From Candidatus Cloacimonadota bacterium (GTDB taxonomy: Bacteria; Cloacimonadota; Cloacimonadia; G963667145), in NCBI GenBank assembly GCA_963676615.1, contig OY781092.1, positions 384,001 through 448,000 of the forward strand: a stretch of 64,000 bases of DNA, given 5' to 3'. The notes under the pieces are model-generated. The model made no database searches. It worked only from the letters and a program-made list of their open reading frames with translations, and was not told the DNA's origin. How positions within the stretch are numbered: position 1 is the stretch's first letter; each line of letters begins with the position of its first letter. Of the stretch, positions 22,178 through 32,112 are shown piece after piece. Made by a program: the position numbers and the translations under genes.

Positions 22178-22558
22178 TTAGAGCGAAAAACTTTGCGGCA
22201 AAAGCTCGCCGAGTGTGGTCGTGACGCTCCGTTCTTCGTTGCCATAGATAATCGGCATCTCTGGAGCACAAAACTCGCTCAAAACTTGTCGGCACGCTCC
22301 GCACGGCGGAAAAATCTGCTGACTTTGCACAAAAATAGCCAACGCCAAAAACTCCCGCTCGCCAGAGCTAATCGCGCCAAAAACCGCCGAGCGCTCTGCG
22401 CAGTTGGACAGCCCATAAGAGGCGTTTTCGACATTCACGCCTGTGTAAACGGTTTGCGATTTGCCCAGCAAAGCTGCGCCCAGCTTGTAGCCCGAGTATT
22501 TTGCATAGGCTTTTTCGCTCGCTTTTTTCGCTTCCAGCAAAAGTTTTTCAAGGTTCAT
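22178..22558 (-). CDS. cdd: Cytidine deaminase (homotetrameric type)
   Basis: NVENASYGLSNCAERSA, PCGACRQ; start reset to ATG 22558. Confidence 0.93.
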   Translation of the reverse strand: MNLEKLLLEAKKASEKAYAKYSGYKLGAALLGKSQTVYTGVNVENASYGLSNCAERSAVFGAISSGEREFLALAIFVQSQQIFPPCGACRQVLSEFCAPEMPIIYGNEERSVTTTLGELLPQSFSL

Positions 22559-23736
22559 AATCTCTTCCTGATAATTCCGTGCGGCGGAACTGGTTTGTCT
22601 ATCGGCAGGCTCACGACGCTGTTGGGGTCGGTTTTGACGATAGGTTGATTTTTTTCGTTTTTGATGCTGCACACGCGGTAGCTGAAATCTTTTTCGATTT
22701 CGGGAAAGACGAACTCGATAGTGTCGCCGAGCTCAAATTTCGCCCTAATGTCGATTTTAACTTCGCCGCCATTTTGCTCTACAATCGTGCCGATGAACTG
22801 ATAATCTCGAATATACGCAGAAGATTCTAGATTTTGCTCGCCGTCGCTTTTTGGCTCGATGAATCCCGTGCTGTAAGTGCGATGGCTGATTTTGGACAGC
22901 TCTTTTTTGAGCTTTGGCAAATCGGCGTTTTCCGCAAGCGCCTTTTTGTAAACCCGCGTGGTGTTCGCCACATAATACAGGCTCTTCATTCGCCCTTCGA
23001 TTTTCACGCTCTGCACGCCAGCTTGTTCGAGCTGCGCCAAATATTCCAGCAAACAAAGGTCTTTGGAATTTAGCAGATACGAGCCGTAGCTATCTTCTTG
23101 CAGCTCAAACCATTGCCCCTGATGCTTTTTTTCGCTAATAGCAAATCCCCAGCGGCAAACTTGGGTGCAAAGCCCTTGATTTGCGCTGCGGTCGTTGATG
23201 AACGCCGAAAGCAGACAACGCCCAGAATAGGCTATGCACATTGCTCCGTGCACAAAAACTTCCAGCTCCAAACTCGGAATCTCTTGCCGAATTTTTGCGA
23301 TTTCGTCGATGCTCAGTTCGCGCGCCAAAACCACTCGTTTCGCCCCTTGCTCGTGCCAAAATTTTGCGCTTTGGTAGTTGGTGATGTTGGCTTGCGTGGA
23401 GATGTGGATCGGAATTTCGGGAATAATTTCCCTGCACAGCGAAAAAACGCCCAAATCAGAGACGATTACTCCGTCTGGTTTTGCACTTTTCAGGAAATGC
23501 AGAAACTCGCCCAAGCCTTGTAAATCACGGTTGTGTGCGAAAATATTCAGCGTGATGTAGAGCTTTTTGCCCAAATTTTTGCAGATAGCAATCGCTTGCA
23601 AAATTTCAGCGTCGGAAAGATTGCCCGCTTTGGCTCGCAGCCCAAAATTTTTGCCAGCGCAATAGACGGCGTCCGCTCCGTAATGCAGGGCGTATTTGAG
23701 TTTTTCCAGACTCCCAGCAGGAGAAAGAATTTCCAT
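22555..23736 (-). CDS. Peptidase U32 family protein (TrhP-like tRNA hydroxylation protein)
   Basis: EILSPAG, GADAVY, HISTQ, HGAMCIAYSGRC, KIEGRMKS; start reset to ATG 23736. Confidence 0.88.
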   Translation of the reverse strand: MEILSPAGSLEKLKYALHYGADAVYCAGKNFGLRAKAGNLSDAEILQAIAICKNLGKKLYITLNIFAHNRDLQGLGEFLHFLKSAKPDGVIVSDLGVFSLCREIIPEIPIHISTQANITNYQSAKFWHEQGAKRVVLARELSIDEIAKIRQEIPSLELEVFVHGAMCIAYSGRCLLSAFINDRSANQGLCTQVCRWGFAISEKKHQGQWFELQEDSYGSYLLNSKDLCLLEYLAQLEQAGVQSVKIEGRMKSLYYVANTTRVYKKALAENADLPKLKKELSKISHRTYSTGFIEPKSDGEQNLESSAYIRDYQFIGTIVEQNGGEVKIDIRAKFELGDTIEFVFPEIEKDFSYRVCSIKNEKNQPIVKTDPNSVVSLPIDKPVPPHGIIRKRL

Positions 23737-23947
23737 AATTTTCCTTTTTTTTGCTAAAAAAGTTTTTAGTCGCATCTCTTTGATTATAGGGAGCAAAAAT
23801 TGCCGCCAAGCGAAGATTTGGCTGGCTTTCCGACTTTTTCCCAATTGGGTGTTTTTGGCTGGCGTGTCAACCGAAATTTGCCCAGAGGAACAAATTTGCC
23901 TTTCTTGTTTGACAAAAGCAGTTTTCTTTTGAGGTTGGTTTGTTAAT

Positions 23948-25294
23948 ATGAGGTTATCAAAAAGAGTTGTATTTCAAGCTGTTTCGGGCGTGATTTTGGG
24001 CGGTTTTCTTTCTTCTTGCGGGAGTCAAGGGGAGATTTCTGGCGGACCGTTGGACGAGCTAAAACCCCGAGTTGTCGGCACCGAGCCAGCGGAATTTTCT
24101 TCTATCAAAAGCAAAAAGCTGAAAGTCGTTTTCAACAAGCCAGTAGACGAGGCGAGCGTTGAGAACTACTTGCGGTTTTATCCAAAACTCAGCTTTAGCA
24201 CCTATGTGAACGATCAGACGCTCAACATCGCCATCAAGTCTGATTTGCTCGACGGCAAAAACTACTATTTTACTGTGAAGAAAGGACTTGAGTGCTATCA
24301 CGACATCCCGATGGTCAACAGCGAAACTTTCGTTTTTTGCAACAACTACCTTGCGACAAACGAGATTTCGGGCGAGTTTATTTTTGAAAAAGAGGCGGAC
24401 AGAAACGATACGATTTTGCTGCGGCTCTACGATCAAGACACGGTTTTCATTTTTTCGCAAAAGGCTAGCGCTCCTGGCTACCAGCTAAAATATTTGAGTT
24501 TGGGCAAATATCTGCTCAAGGCGTATATCGACAAAAATAAAAACGGCAAGCCCGACGAGCTGCAAGAGCCTTTTTGGCAAAAGAGTCTGACACTGAGCCG
24601 AAAATATCTGGTCGAGCCAATCGTTTTGGGCTATTCGGATTCCGTTGCGCCCGAGATAAAAAATGTTTCGCCGTCTTCTGCGCGGCGGATTTCGGTGCAG
24701 TTTGATGACGATTTGACTGGTTTGGGCGATTACTCTATCTACGCCGTTGCGGATTCGGTGCAGAGCGTGAGCGACTCTGGCGACACGACTTTTGTGGCAA
24801 GGCCTGCAAAGCGGATAAACATTTTGGCGTCGAATTTGGAGAAAGGCGAGCTTTCGCTTTTGGTTTCGCCGCTCCAGAAGCGGAAATATCGATTTGTAGC
24901 GAAAAAAATCAGCGATTGGAAAAAGAACACGACGCAAGCCGACACCGTCTATTTTAGCGGAAAAGACGACGAACTCACTAGCGATATTAGCATTCGCGAG
25001 GTTCAGCCTGCAAAAAATTCTGGCGTGCTGAGTTTGCTGCCAGATTTTGTGGTGAGGTTCGATAGGCTGCTTTTGCCAAGTCAAGTGAGCGCGAGTTTGC
25101 AAGAAAAAGAGACGGGCAAAAAAATTGCTCTTCGGCTGAAAAATAGCGACGGCTTTGAGTTTGTTTATGTGCCAGTCAAGAAATTGGAAAATTTCACCAG
25201 CTATTTGCTGACTATTTCAGCCAAAGACACCGAAGGTAACTCGTTGCCAAAAGATGAGATAGAGTTCATCACGACCGAGCAAGAAGAGGAGTAG
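23948..25294 (+). CDS. Lipoprotein with bacterial Ig-like (Big_5-type) domains
   Basis: Signal peptide with LSSC lipobox followed by GGPLD..P; repeated beta-rich units (VVFNKPVD, VQFDDDL, VRFDRLL); DKNKNGKPD loop. Confidence 0.7.
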   Translation: MRLSKRVVFQAVSGVILGGFLSSCGSQGEISGGPLDELKPRVVGTEPAEFSSIKSKKLKVVFNKPVDEASVENYLRFYPKLSFSTYVNDQTLNIAIKSDLLDGKNYYFTVKKGLECYHDIPMVNSETFVFCNNYLATNEISGEFIFEKEADRNDTILLRLYDQDTVFIFSQKASAPGYQLKYLSLGKYLLKAYIDKNKNGKPDELQEPFWQKSLTLSRKYLVEPIVLGYSDSVAPEIKNVSPSSARRISVQFDDDLTGLGDYSIYAVADSVQSVSDSGDTTFVARPAKRINILASNLEKGELSLLVSPLQKRKYRFVAKKISDWKKNTTQADTVYFSGKDDELTSDISIREVQPAKNSGVLSLLPDFVVRFDRLLLPSQVSASLQEKETGKKIALRLKNSDGFEFVYVPVKKLENFTSYLLTISAKDTEGNSLPKDEIEFITTEQEEE

Positions 25295-25302
25295 AGGGGA
25301 AG

Positions 25303-27165
25303 TTGAAAATCGATCGAAAATCTCTTTTGAACGCTTTGGGCAAGTTCCTTTTTGCGAACTTCGTCTTCAGCGTCGCCCTTGGCTATCGCTATCTGCCCGA
25401 CGGTCTCGGCTTTGGCTCGGCGACTTTTGTGTGGGTGTCGCTACTGGCGAACACATTTATGCTCTATTTGCCGTTGTTGTTGCTGGGATTTTTTTTCGTC
25501 TGGGCGTTGCCATATCGAGGTTTCACGGTCTTTTTTAACGCCATTTTGCTCTTTTTATTCCAGTTTTTTTTGTTGATCGACACGGTCGTTTATTCGATTT
25601 ACAATTTTCACATTAACGGCGCGGTGATTACGATTTTCACCAGCGGAGGTTTTGGCGATAGCGTGAGCCTTGGCACATTCACCACGATTTTGGCGGTGCT
25701 GATTTTGCTCTTTGCTTTATTTGTAGAGATTTTTTTGCTTCGATTTTTGACGGCAAAATCTGGCGATTTCGTTTACAAAAGAAAGGCGAAGTTGGCTTTT
25801 TTGCTGTGGATCGGCGTGGCTTTTTTGTTTGCCGACAAGATCACCTATGCGGTGGCGGATTTGTATAATGTGACCTCGATTGTCAGGTTCGTGAAAATTT
25901 TTCCGCTGTATCAGCCGCTGACGATCAAAAGTTTTATGGAGAAAACCTTTGGTTTTGAGATAGATAGGGAAGACGACATCAGGCTTTCGGCGGAAAATAA
26001 AACTTTGAACTATCCGCGAAATCCGCTGGTTTATGGGCAAAATTCGGAAGCGAAGCCGAACATTTTGGTGGTTTTTTTTGACGCTTGGCGCTTTGATATG
26101 TTTTCCAAAGAGGTGACCCCGAATTTGTGGGAGTTCAGCAAAAAAGCGTCGGTTTTCGACAACCATTACAGCGGTGGCAACGCCTCACGCTTTGGCGTTT
26201 TTTCGTTTTTTTATGGAATAAGCGGCTACTATTGGCACAAAATTTTGGGCGAACGACGCTCCTGCGTTTTGATCGACGAGCTGCAAAAAAACGGTTACGA
26301 CTTTTACATCTCCGCCAGCACACGGCTCACCTATCCTGAGTTTCGCAAAACTTGCTTTGTCAAAATTCCCGAAAAAATCTACGACGACATCGCAGGGAAA
26401 AACGCCACCGAAAAAGATCCGCTGGTGGTCAAAGGGTTTGCGCAGTTTTTGCAAAATAGAAAAAAAACGAAAGCGAAAGAGCCGTTTTTTTCGTTTCTGT
26501 TTTTGGACGCTCCGCACGGCACAGATTATCCCCAAAAGTATGAGAAATTTACGCCGACGCAGCGTTCGGTGAACTATCTGAAGATCGATGATGCGCAGGA
26601 AAATGTGCGGATGATGCGCAACACCTACAAAAATACGATTCATTTCGACGACGCTTTGGCGGGCGAGATTTTGAGCGCTTTGCAAAAAAACGGCTGTTTG
26701 GATAACACGATTGTCGTTTTTAGTGCCGATCACGGTCAGGAGTTCTACGAAAACGGCTTTTTTGGGCATTGTAGCGCTTTCGACAAATATCAGACGAAAG
26801 TGCCGTTCATCGTTTATCATCCGCAAAAAAAGCCTACCAAATACGCAAAAATGACCTCGCATCTGGATTTTGTGCCGACGATTTTGCAAGAGCTGGGCGT
26901 GAGCAATCCCGTGGGCGACTATTCCCAAGGGCAAAATTTTTGGACGAGCGACGGTCACGATTATGTGCAGTCTAGCGGCTGGGACGATGCGGCGCTGATC
27001 TATCCCGAGAGCTATTTTGTTTTTTCGGTGGAGACCTACAAAGCGGGGCTTTTTGAGGCGCGCGACAAAGATTATAAACTGGTGCAAAATCAAAAAGAGT
27101 TGGTTTCGCAAAAGAGAGCCGATCTGCTGAAGACGATAAAAGGGTTCAGCGATTTCGGCAAATAG
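25303..27165 (+). CDS. PbgA/YejM-like inner-membrane protein (DUF3413 plus sulfatase-like domain)
   Basis: Five N-terminal TMs, YNFHING, PLYQPLT, LNYP..PL, NHYSGGN..RFGVFSFFYG, ADHGQEF, TSHLD. Confidence 0.8.
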   Translation: MKIDRKSLLNALGKFLFANFVFSVALGYRYLPDGLGFGSATFVWVSLLANTFMLYLPLLLLGFFFVWALPYRGFTVFFNAILLFLFQFFLLIDTVVYSIYNFHINGAVITIFTSGGFGDSVSLGTFTTILAVLILLFALFVEIFLLRFLTAKSGDFVYKRKAKLAFLLWIGVAFLFADKITYAVADLYNVTSIVRFVKIFPLYQPLTIKSFMEKTFGFEIDREDDIRLSAENKTLNYPRNPLVYGQNSEAKPNILVVFFDAWRFDMFSKEVTPNLWEFSKKASVFDNHYSGGNASRFGVFSFFYGISGYYWHKILGERRSCVLIDELQKNGYDFYISASTRLTYPEFRKTCFVKIPEKIYDDIAGKNATEKDPLVVKGFAQFLQNRKKTKAKEPFFSFLFLDAPHGTDYPQKYEKFTPTQRSVNYLKIDDAQENVRMMRNTYKNTIHFDDALAGEILSALQKNGCLDNTIVVFSADHGQEFYENGFFGHCSAFDKYQTKVPFIVYHPQKKPTKYAKMTSHLDFVPTILQELGVSNPVGDYSQGQNFWTSDGHDYVQSSGWDDAALIYPESYFVFSVETYKAGLFEARDKDYKLVQNQKELVSQKRADLLKTIKGFSDFGK

Positions 27166-27173
27166 GAGTTTTT

Positions 27174-27380
27174 ATGAGGAGATTTTTAGGGCTGATAATT
27201 TTGGTTTTGGGCGCTGGAGCTGGCTATTATTTCTATGGAATGAAGCCGCCGACGGATGTGGCGGATGCGCTAATGAGCTACGACCGCGCCAAATTTGCGA
27301 CGATGCAGCAGTATTATCTGAGCCTTGGCGCTGCGGCTTTGGTATTTCTAATCGGTTTGTTTATGAACCTCAAAAAGTGA
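27174..27380 (+). CDS. Small two-TM membrane protein, unknown function
   Basis: 68 aa, AGGAG RBS, two hydrophobic segments, fills the gap between co-oriented genes. Confidence 0.7.
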   Translation: MRRFLGLIILVLGAGAGYYFYGMKPPTDVADALMSYDRAKFATMQQYYLSLGAAALVFLIGLFMNLKK

Positions 27381-27390
27381 TTTTTTTTGA

Positions 27391-28515
<1,125 letters not shown>

Positions 28516-28926
28516 ATGCGCAGATATTTATCGGGCAACGCAGAAACTTTTCGCCACCAAATTTTTCGCTACGCCATCGGCGGTCAGGTCTCCACATTGG
28601 CAGATTTTTTGGTGCTTATTTTTTTGACAGATTTGCTGGGCGTCTATTATATGATTTCAGCGTCTATCTCTTTTATATGCAGTGTGTTAGTCTCCTATTT
28701 TTTTAATATTTATTGGGTCTTTCACCAGCGGAAATACGACAAGCGTCGCCACGAAATTGCGCTCTTTTTTTTCATAAGCGCCATCGGCTTGATTTTGACC
28801 AGCTCGTTTATGTATTTTTTCACAGAAATCGTTGGAATGTTTTATGTCTATTCCAAAATAGTTTCGGCGTCGATAGTGTTTGTCTGGAACTTTACGGCGC
28901 GCAAATATTTGTTGTTTAACAACTAA
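28516..28926 (+). CDS. GtrA family membrane protein
   Basis: 136 aa, four TMs, FRYAIGG, SYFFNIYWVF, WNFTARKY. Confidence 0.85.
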   Translation: MRRYLSGNAETFRHQIFRYAIGGQVSTLADFLVLIFLTDLLGVYYMISASISFICSVLVSYFFNIYWVFHQRKYDKRRHEIALFFFISAIGLILTSSFMYFFTEIVGMFYVYSKIVSASIVFVWNFTARKYLLFNN

Positions 28927-28950
28927 AAAAATGAAGGTGTTATAAAAAAG

Positions 28951-31356
28951 ATGAAAGTTTTAAAAATCTGCGGAAGCGTTTTTGAGTCGAGGGAACTTTT
29001 GGCAAATTCGCTTTTTGTGGTGCGCAATCAGGCTGATTTGGCGATGCTCGTGGTGGATGTTCCCAAAAAAAGCAAGTCGATTTTGCTGGCTCTAAAAAAT
29101 TCTGTTTTAGCTCAAAACCCCAGTTGGAGAGCGGAGTTAGAAGATTTTTGTAAAAGCGTTTGTTCGCTGAAAAACCAGCATTTGGAAGGCGAAAAAATCG
29201 ATTGCGTTTTGCTGTATTTGCAAAAAATCAAAGAGGTTTACGCAGGGCTAGAGCTTACGGGGTGCGACTTTGCGGGTTCGCTAGAAAAACTTTTGGCGCT
29301 ATCGTCTTTTGTTTACACAAAAATTTATGCGCTGATTTTGGAAAAAGAGGGGCTCGCCACCAAAATTTTTTTGGGCGACGACGATTTGCTGCGACAAATG
29401 GGCGACAAGCTCACCAGCAAAGGCAATTTGGACGCAGAAGACGCCAAAATTTTGCTCTATCCATCTGGCAGCGTGCTGAACGAGCAGGGCAAACTCAGCG
29501 TGGCTGTAGGCGGTGCGGACTATTTGTGCTGCTATTTGGCGAAACTTTTGTCGGCGCAAGAGGTCGAATTTTGGACAGAAGCAAAGGGCGTGCCTGTCTG
29601 CGATCCGCTTTTGGTGGCTGGCGCAAAACACATCCAAGCCATGAGCTATCAAGAGGCGATGGAACTCTCGCATTTTGGCTCGGATTTAATCAACTATCAG
29701 GCGATAAATTTGGCGAAAAAGCAAAACGACAGCATTTTGATCCGTTCGCTGAGCGATTTAGATTTTGCGGGAAGTAAAATCGAGAAAAATGTCGGCGACG
29801 AGCAAAGCCTCATTACGGGAATTTCGCACATCGACGATATTGCGCTGTTTCGCGTTTATGGCAGCGGAATGGTCGGCAGAATTGGCACAGCCAAGCGGCT
29901 TTTTGGCTCTTTGGCAAAGGCGAATATCAGCTTGGTGATGATTTCGCAGGCGTCCAGCGAGCAGTCGATTTGCTTTGCAATTCGCTCGGATCGCAAAAAT
30001 GTGCTGGCGGCAACGCAAGCCATTCGCAAAGAGTTTTACTACGAGTTTGAGCAGGGAATTTTGGAAAATATCGACTACGATACCGATTTGGCTTCGGTCT
30101 CGATTGTCGGACACAATATGGTCAAGCGCGTGGGACTTTCGGGCAAAATGTTTGGTGCGTTGGGCAAAAATGGTGTGAATGTGCGGGCGATTGCGCAAGG
30201 TTCTTCGGAGCTGAATGTCAGCGTGATTATCGCCAAAAACGATGTGCCAAAGGCGGTTGCGTCGCTGTATAGCGAATTTTTTGACAGGAAAAATATCAAC
30301 TTGTTTTTGGTTGGAACAGGCTTGATTGGGGCGACTTTGTTGCAGCAAATAGACGAGCAAAAATCTTTTCTGAAAAAAAATTATGGGCTGACTCTGAGTT
30401 TGCGGGGCGTTGCCGATGTGGACAAGATGAGCTTTGCTGCGGACATCAATTTTACGAATTGGCAAAGTAAGTTGAACTCTGGGCAAAAGAGCGATTTGCT
30501 GGGGTTTGCAAAGAAAATTAAAGAGATAAATTGCGCCAACTCGATTTTTATCGATTGCACGGCGACGGAAAAAATGACGCCGATTTACACGGAGCTTTTG
30601 GCTGGCTCGGTTTCGGTGGTGACGCCCAACAAAAAGGCGAACTCCGATGATTTGGATGTTTATCAAAAAATTCACAAAACGGCGCAAGATCACAACGCGA
30701 AGTTTTATTACGAGACCAATGTTGGCGCGGGTTTACCGATTATCAGCACGCTGAAAGATTTGCTGCGCTCTGGCGACGAAATCGTGGAAATTCAGGCGGT
30801 GCTTTCGGGGACGCTGAGCTATATTTTCAACACTTTCAGCTCCGAGAGTCGATTTGCGGATGTCGTGGCGAAAGCTAAAGAGCTGGGCTATACCGAGCCG
30901 AATCCCAAAGATGACCTCACGGGGCAAGATGTGGCACGCAAGGCTTTGATCCTTTCGCGGGAGATGGGCAGACAGATAAATTTGGCAGATATTCAGGCGG
31001 TGTCGATTTTGCCGTCAGAATGTTTGGCGAAGGAGAGCGCAGACGAGTTTATGCAAAGTTTGCGGGAGAACGACCACTATTTTGCAGAAATTGCGAAAAA
31101 CGCCGAAAAAAATGGCAAGAAGTTGCGCTTTTTGGCGACGATTTCGGACAGTGGCGCAAAAATCGGCTTGGAAGAGGTGGACAGCTCCAGCCCGTTTTTT
31201 TCGCTTTCGGGCAGCGATAATATGGTGGTCTTTACGACCAAGCGCTACACAAAGCAGATGCCGCTGGTGGTTTCTGGTCCAGGAGCTGGGGCAGATGTTA
31301 CTGCCGCGGGCGTTTTTGCGGATATTATCAAGATAGCTAACTATCTTATTTATTAA
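28951..31356 (+). CDS. thrA: ThrA-like aspartokinase-ACT-ACT-homoserine dehydrogenase with degenerate kinase domain
   Basis: ACT repeats ISQASSE and IAQGSSE; HSDH motifs GTGLIG, TPNKKA, YETNVGAGLP, GYTEPNPKDDL, GPGAGADVTA; kinase motifs altered. Confidence 0.85.
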   Translation: MKVLKICGSVFESRELLANSLFVVRNQADLAMLVVDVPKKSKSILLALKNSVLAQNPSWRAELEDFCKSVCSLKNQHLEGEKIDCVLLYLQKIKEVYAGLELTGCDFAGSLEKLLALSSFVYTKIYALILEKEGLATKIFLGDDDLLRQMGDKLTSKGNLDAEDAKILLYPSGSVLNEQGKLSVAVGGADYLCCYLAKLLSAQEVEFWTEAKGVPVCDPLLVAGAKHIQAMSYQEAMELSHFGSDLINYQAINLAKKQNDSILIRSLSDLDFAGSKIEKNVGDEQSLITGISHIDDIALFRVYGSGMVGRIGTAKRLFGSLAKANISLVMISQASSEQSICFAIRSDRKNVLAATQAIRKEFYYEFEQGILENIDYDTDLASVSIVGHNMVKRVGLSGKMFGALGKNGVNVRAIAQGSSELNVSVIIAKNDVPKAVASLYSEFFDRKNINLFLVGTGLIGATLLQQIDEQKSFLKKNYGLTLSLRGVADVDKMSFAADINFTNWQSKLNSGQKSDLLGFAKKIKEINCANSIFIDCTATEKMTPIYTELLAGSVSVVTPNKKANSDDLDVYQKIHKTAQDHNAKFYYETNVGAGLPIISTLKDLLRSGDEIVEIQAVLSGTLSYIFNTFSSESRFADVVAKAKELGYTEPNPKDDLTGQDVARKALILSREMGRQINLADIQAVSILPSECLAKESADEFMQSLRENDHYFAEIAKNAEKNGKKLRFLATISDSGAKIGLEEVDSSSPFFSLSGSDNMVVFTTKRYTKQMPLVVSGPGAGADVTAAGVFADIIKIANYLIY

Positions 31357-31383
31357 AGGTTTATATTGAGGAAGTTGATTTTT

Positions 31384-32112
31384 ATGGAAAAAGATTTTAG
31401 ACGACTTTTGGGGGTGAATATCGACCATGTGGCGACAGTGCGTAACGCGCGTGGTGGAGCTTGTCCGCAGCCTGTGCAAGCGGCTTTGGTGGCTCAGCAG
31501 GCAGGCGCCGACCAGATTACGATTCACTTGCGAGAGGATAGGCGGCACATCAAAGATGCTGATTTGGCGGACATCGCCAAGGTGATAACGACCAAGCTCA
31601 ATCTGGAGATGGCGTTGAATAGGGAGATTATTGAGATTGCAATTCGGCAGAAGCCCGACACGGTGACGATCGTTCCCGAGAAGCGTCAGGAGGTGACGAC
31701 CGAGGGCGGTTTGCTTTTGCAGAAGTCGATGAAAAGCGATTTGCAGAGGTTGCAGGACGCTGGAATTGAGGTGAGCTTGTTTATCGAGCCTGATGTGCAG
31801 ATGATCGCCTTGGCTGCGGAATTGGGGGCAGACGCCGTGGAGATTCACACGGGCGCTTATGCGAACAATTGGCAGAATGAAGCGGGCGAGCGGGAGCTAG
31901 CCAGGATCAAGGTTGCTTGCAAGGCGATTGCCGAGCACGGGATGCGTGTTGTGGCGGGGCACGGGCTTGATTATCACAATATTTTTCCGCTACTGAAAAT
32001 GCCGATTGCCGAGTTCAATATCGGGCACAGCATTATCGCCGAAAGTGTTTTTCTGGGGCTGTCGCAGGCGGTGATGAGGATGAAAAGATTAGTTGTCAAA
32101 GGGGTTTTTTAG
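31384..32112 (+). CDS. pdxJ: Pyridoxine 5'-phosphate synthase
   Basis: LGVNIDHVATVRNAR, HLREDRRHI, TTEGG, AGHGL, NIGHSII. Confidence 0.96.
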   Translation: MEKDFRRLLGVNIDHVATVRNARGGACPQPVQAALVAQQAGADQITIHLREDRRHIKDADLADIAKVITTKLNLEMALNREIIEIAIRQKPDTVTIVPEKRQEVTTEGGLLLQKSMKSDLQRLQDAGIEVSLFIEPDVQMIALAAELGADAVEIHTGAYANNWQNEAGERELARIKVACKAIAEHGMRVVAGHGLDYHNIFPLLKMPIAEFNIGHSIIAESVFLGLSQAVMRMKRLVVKGVF

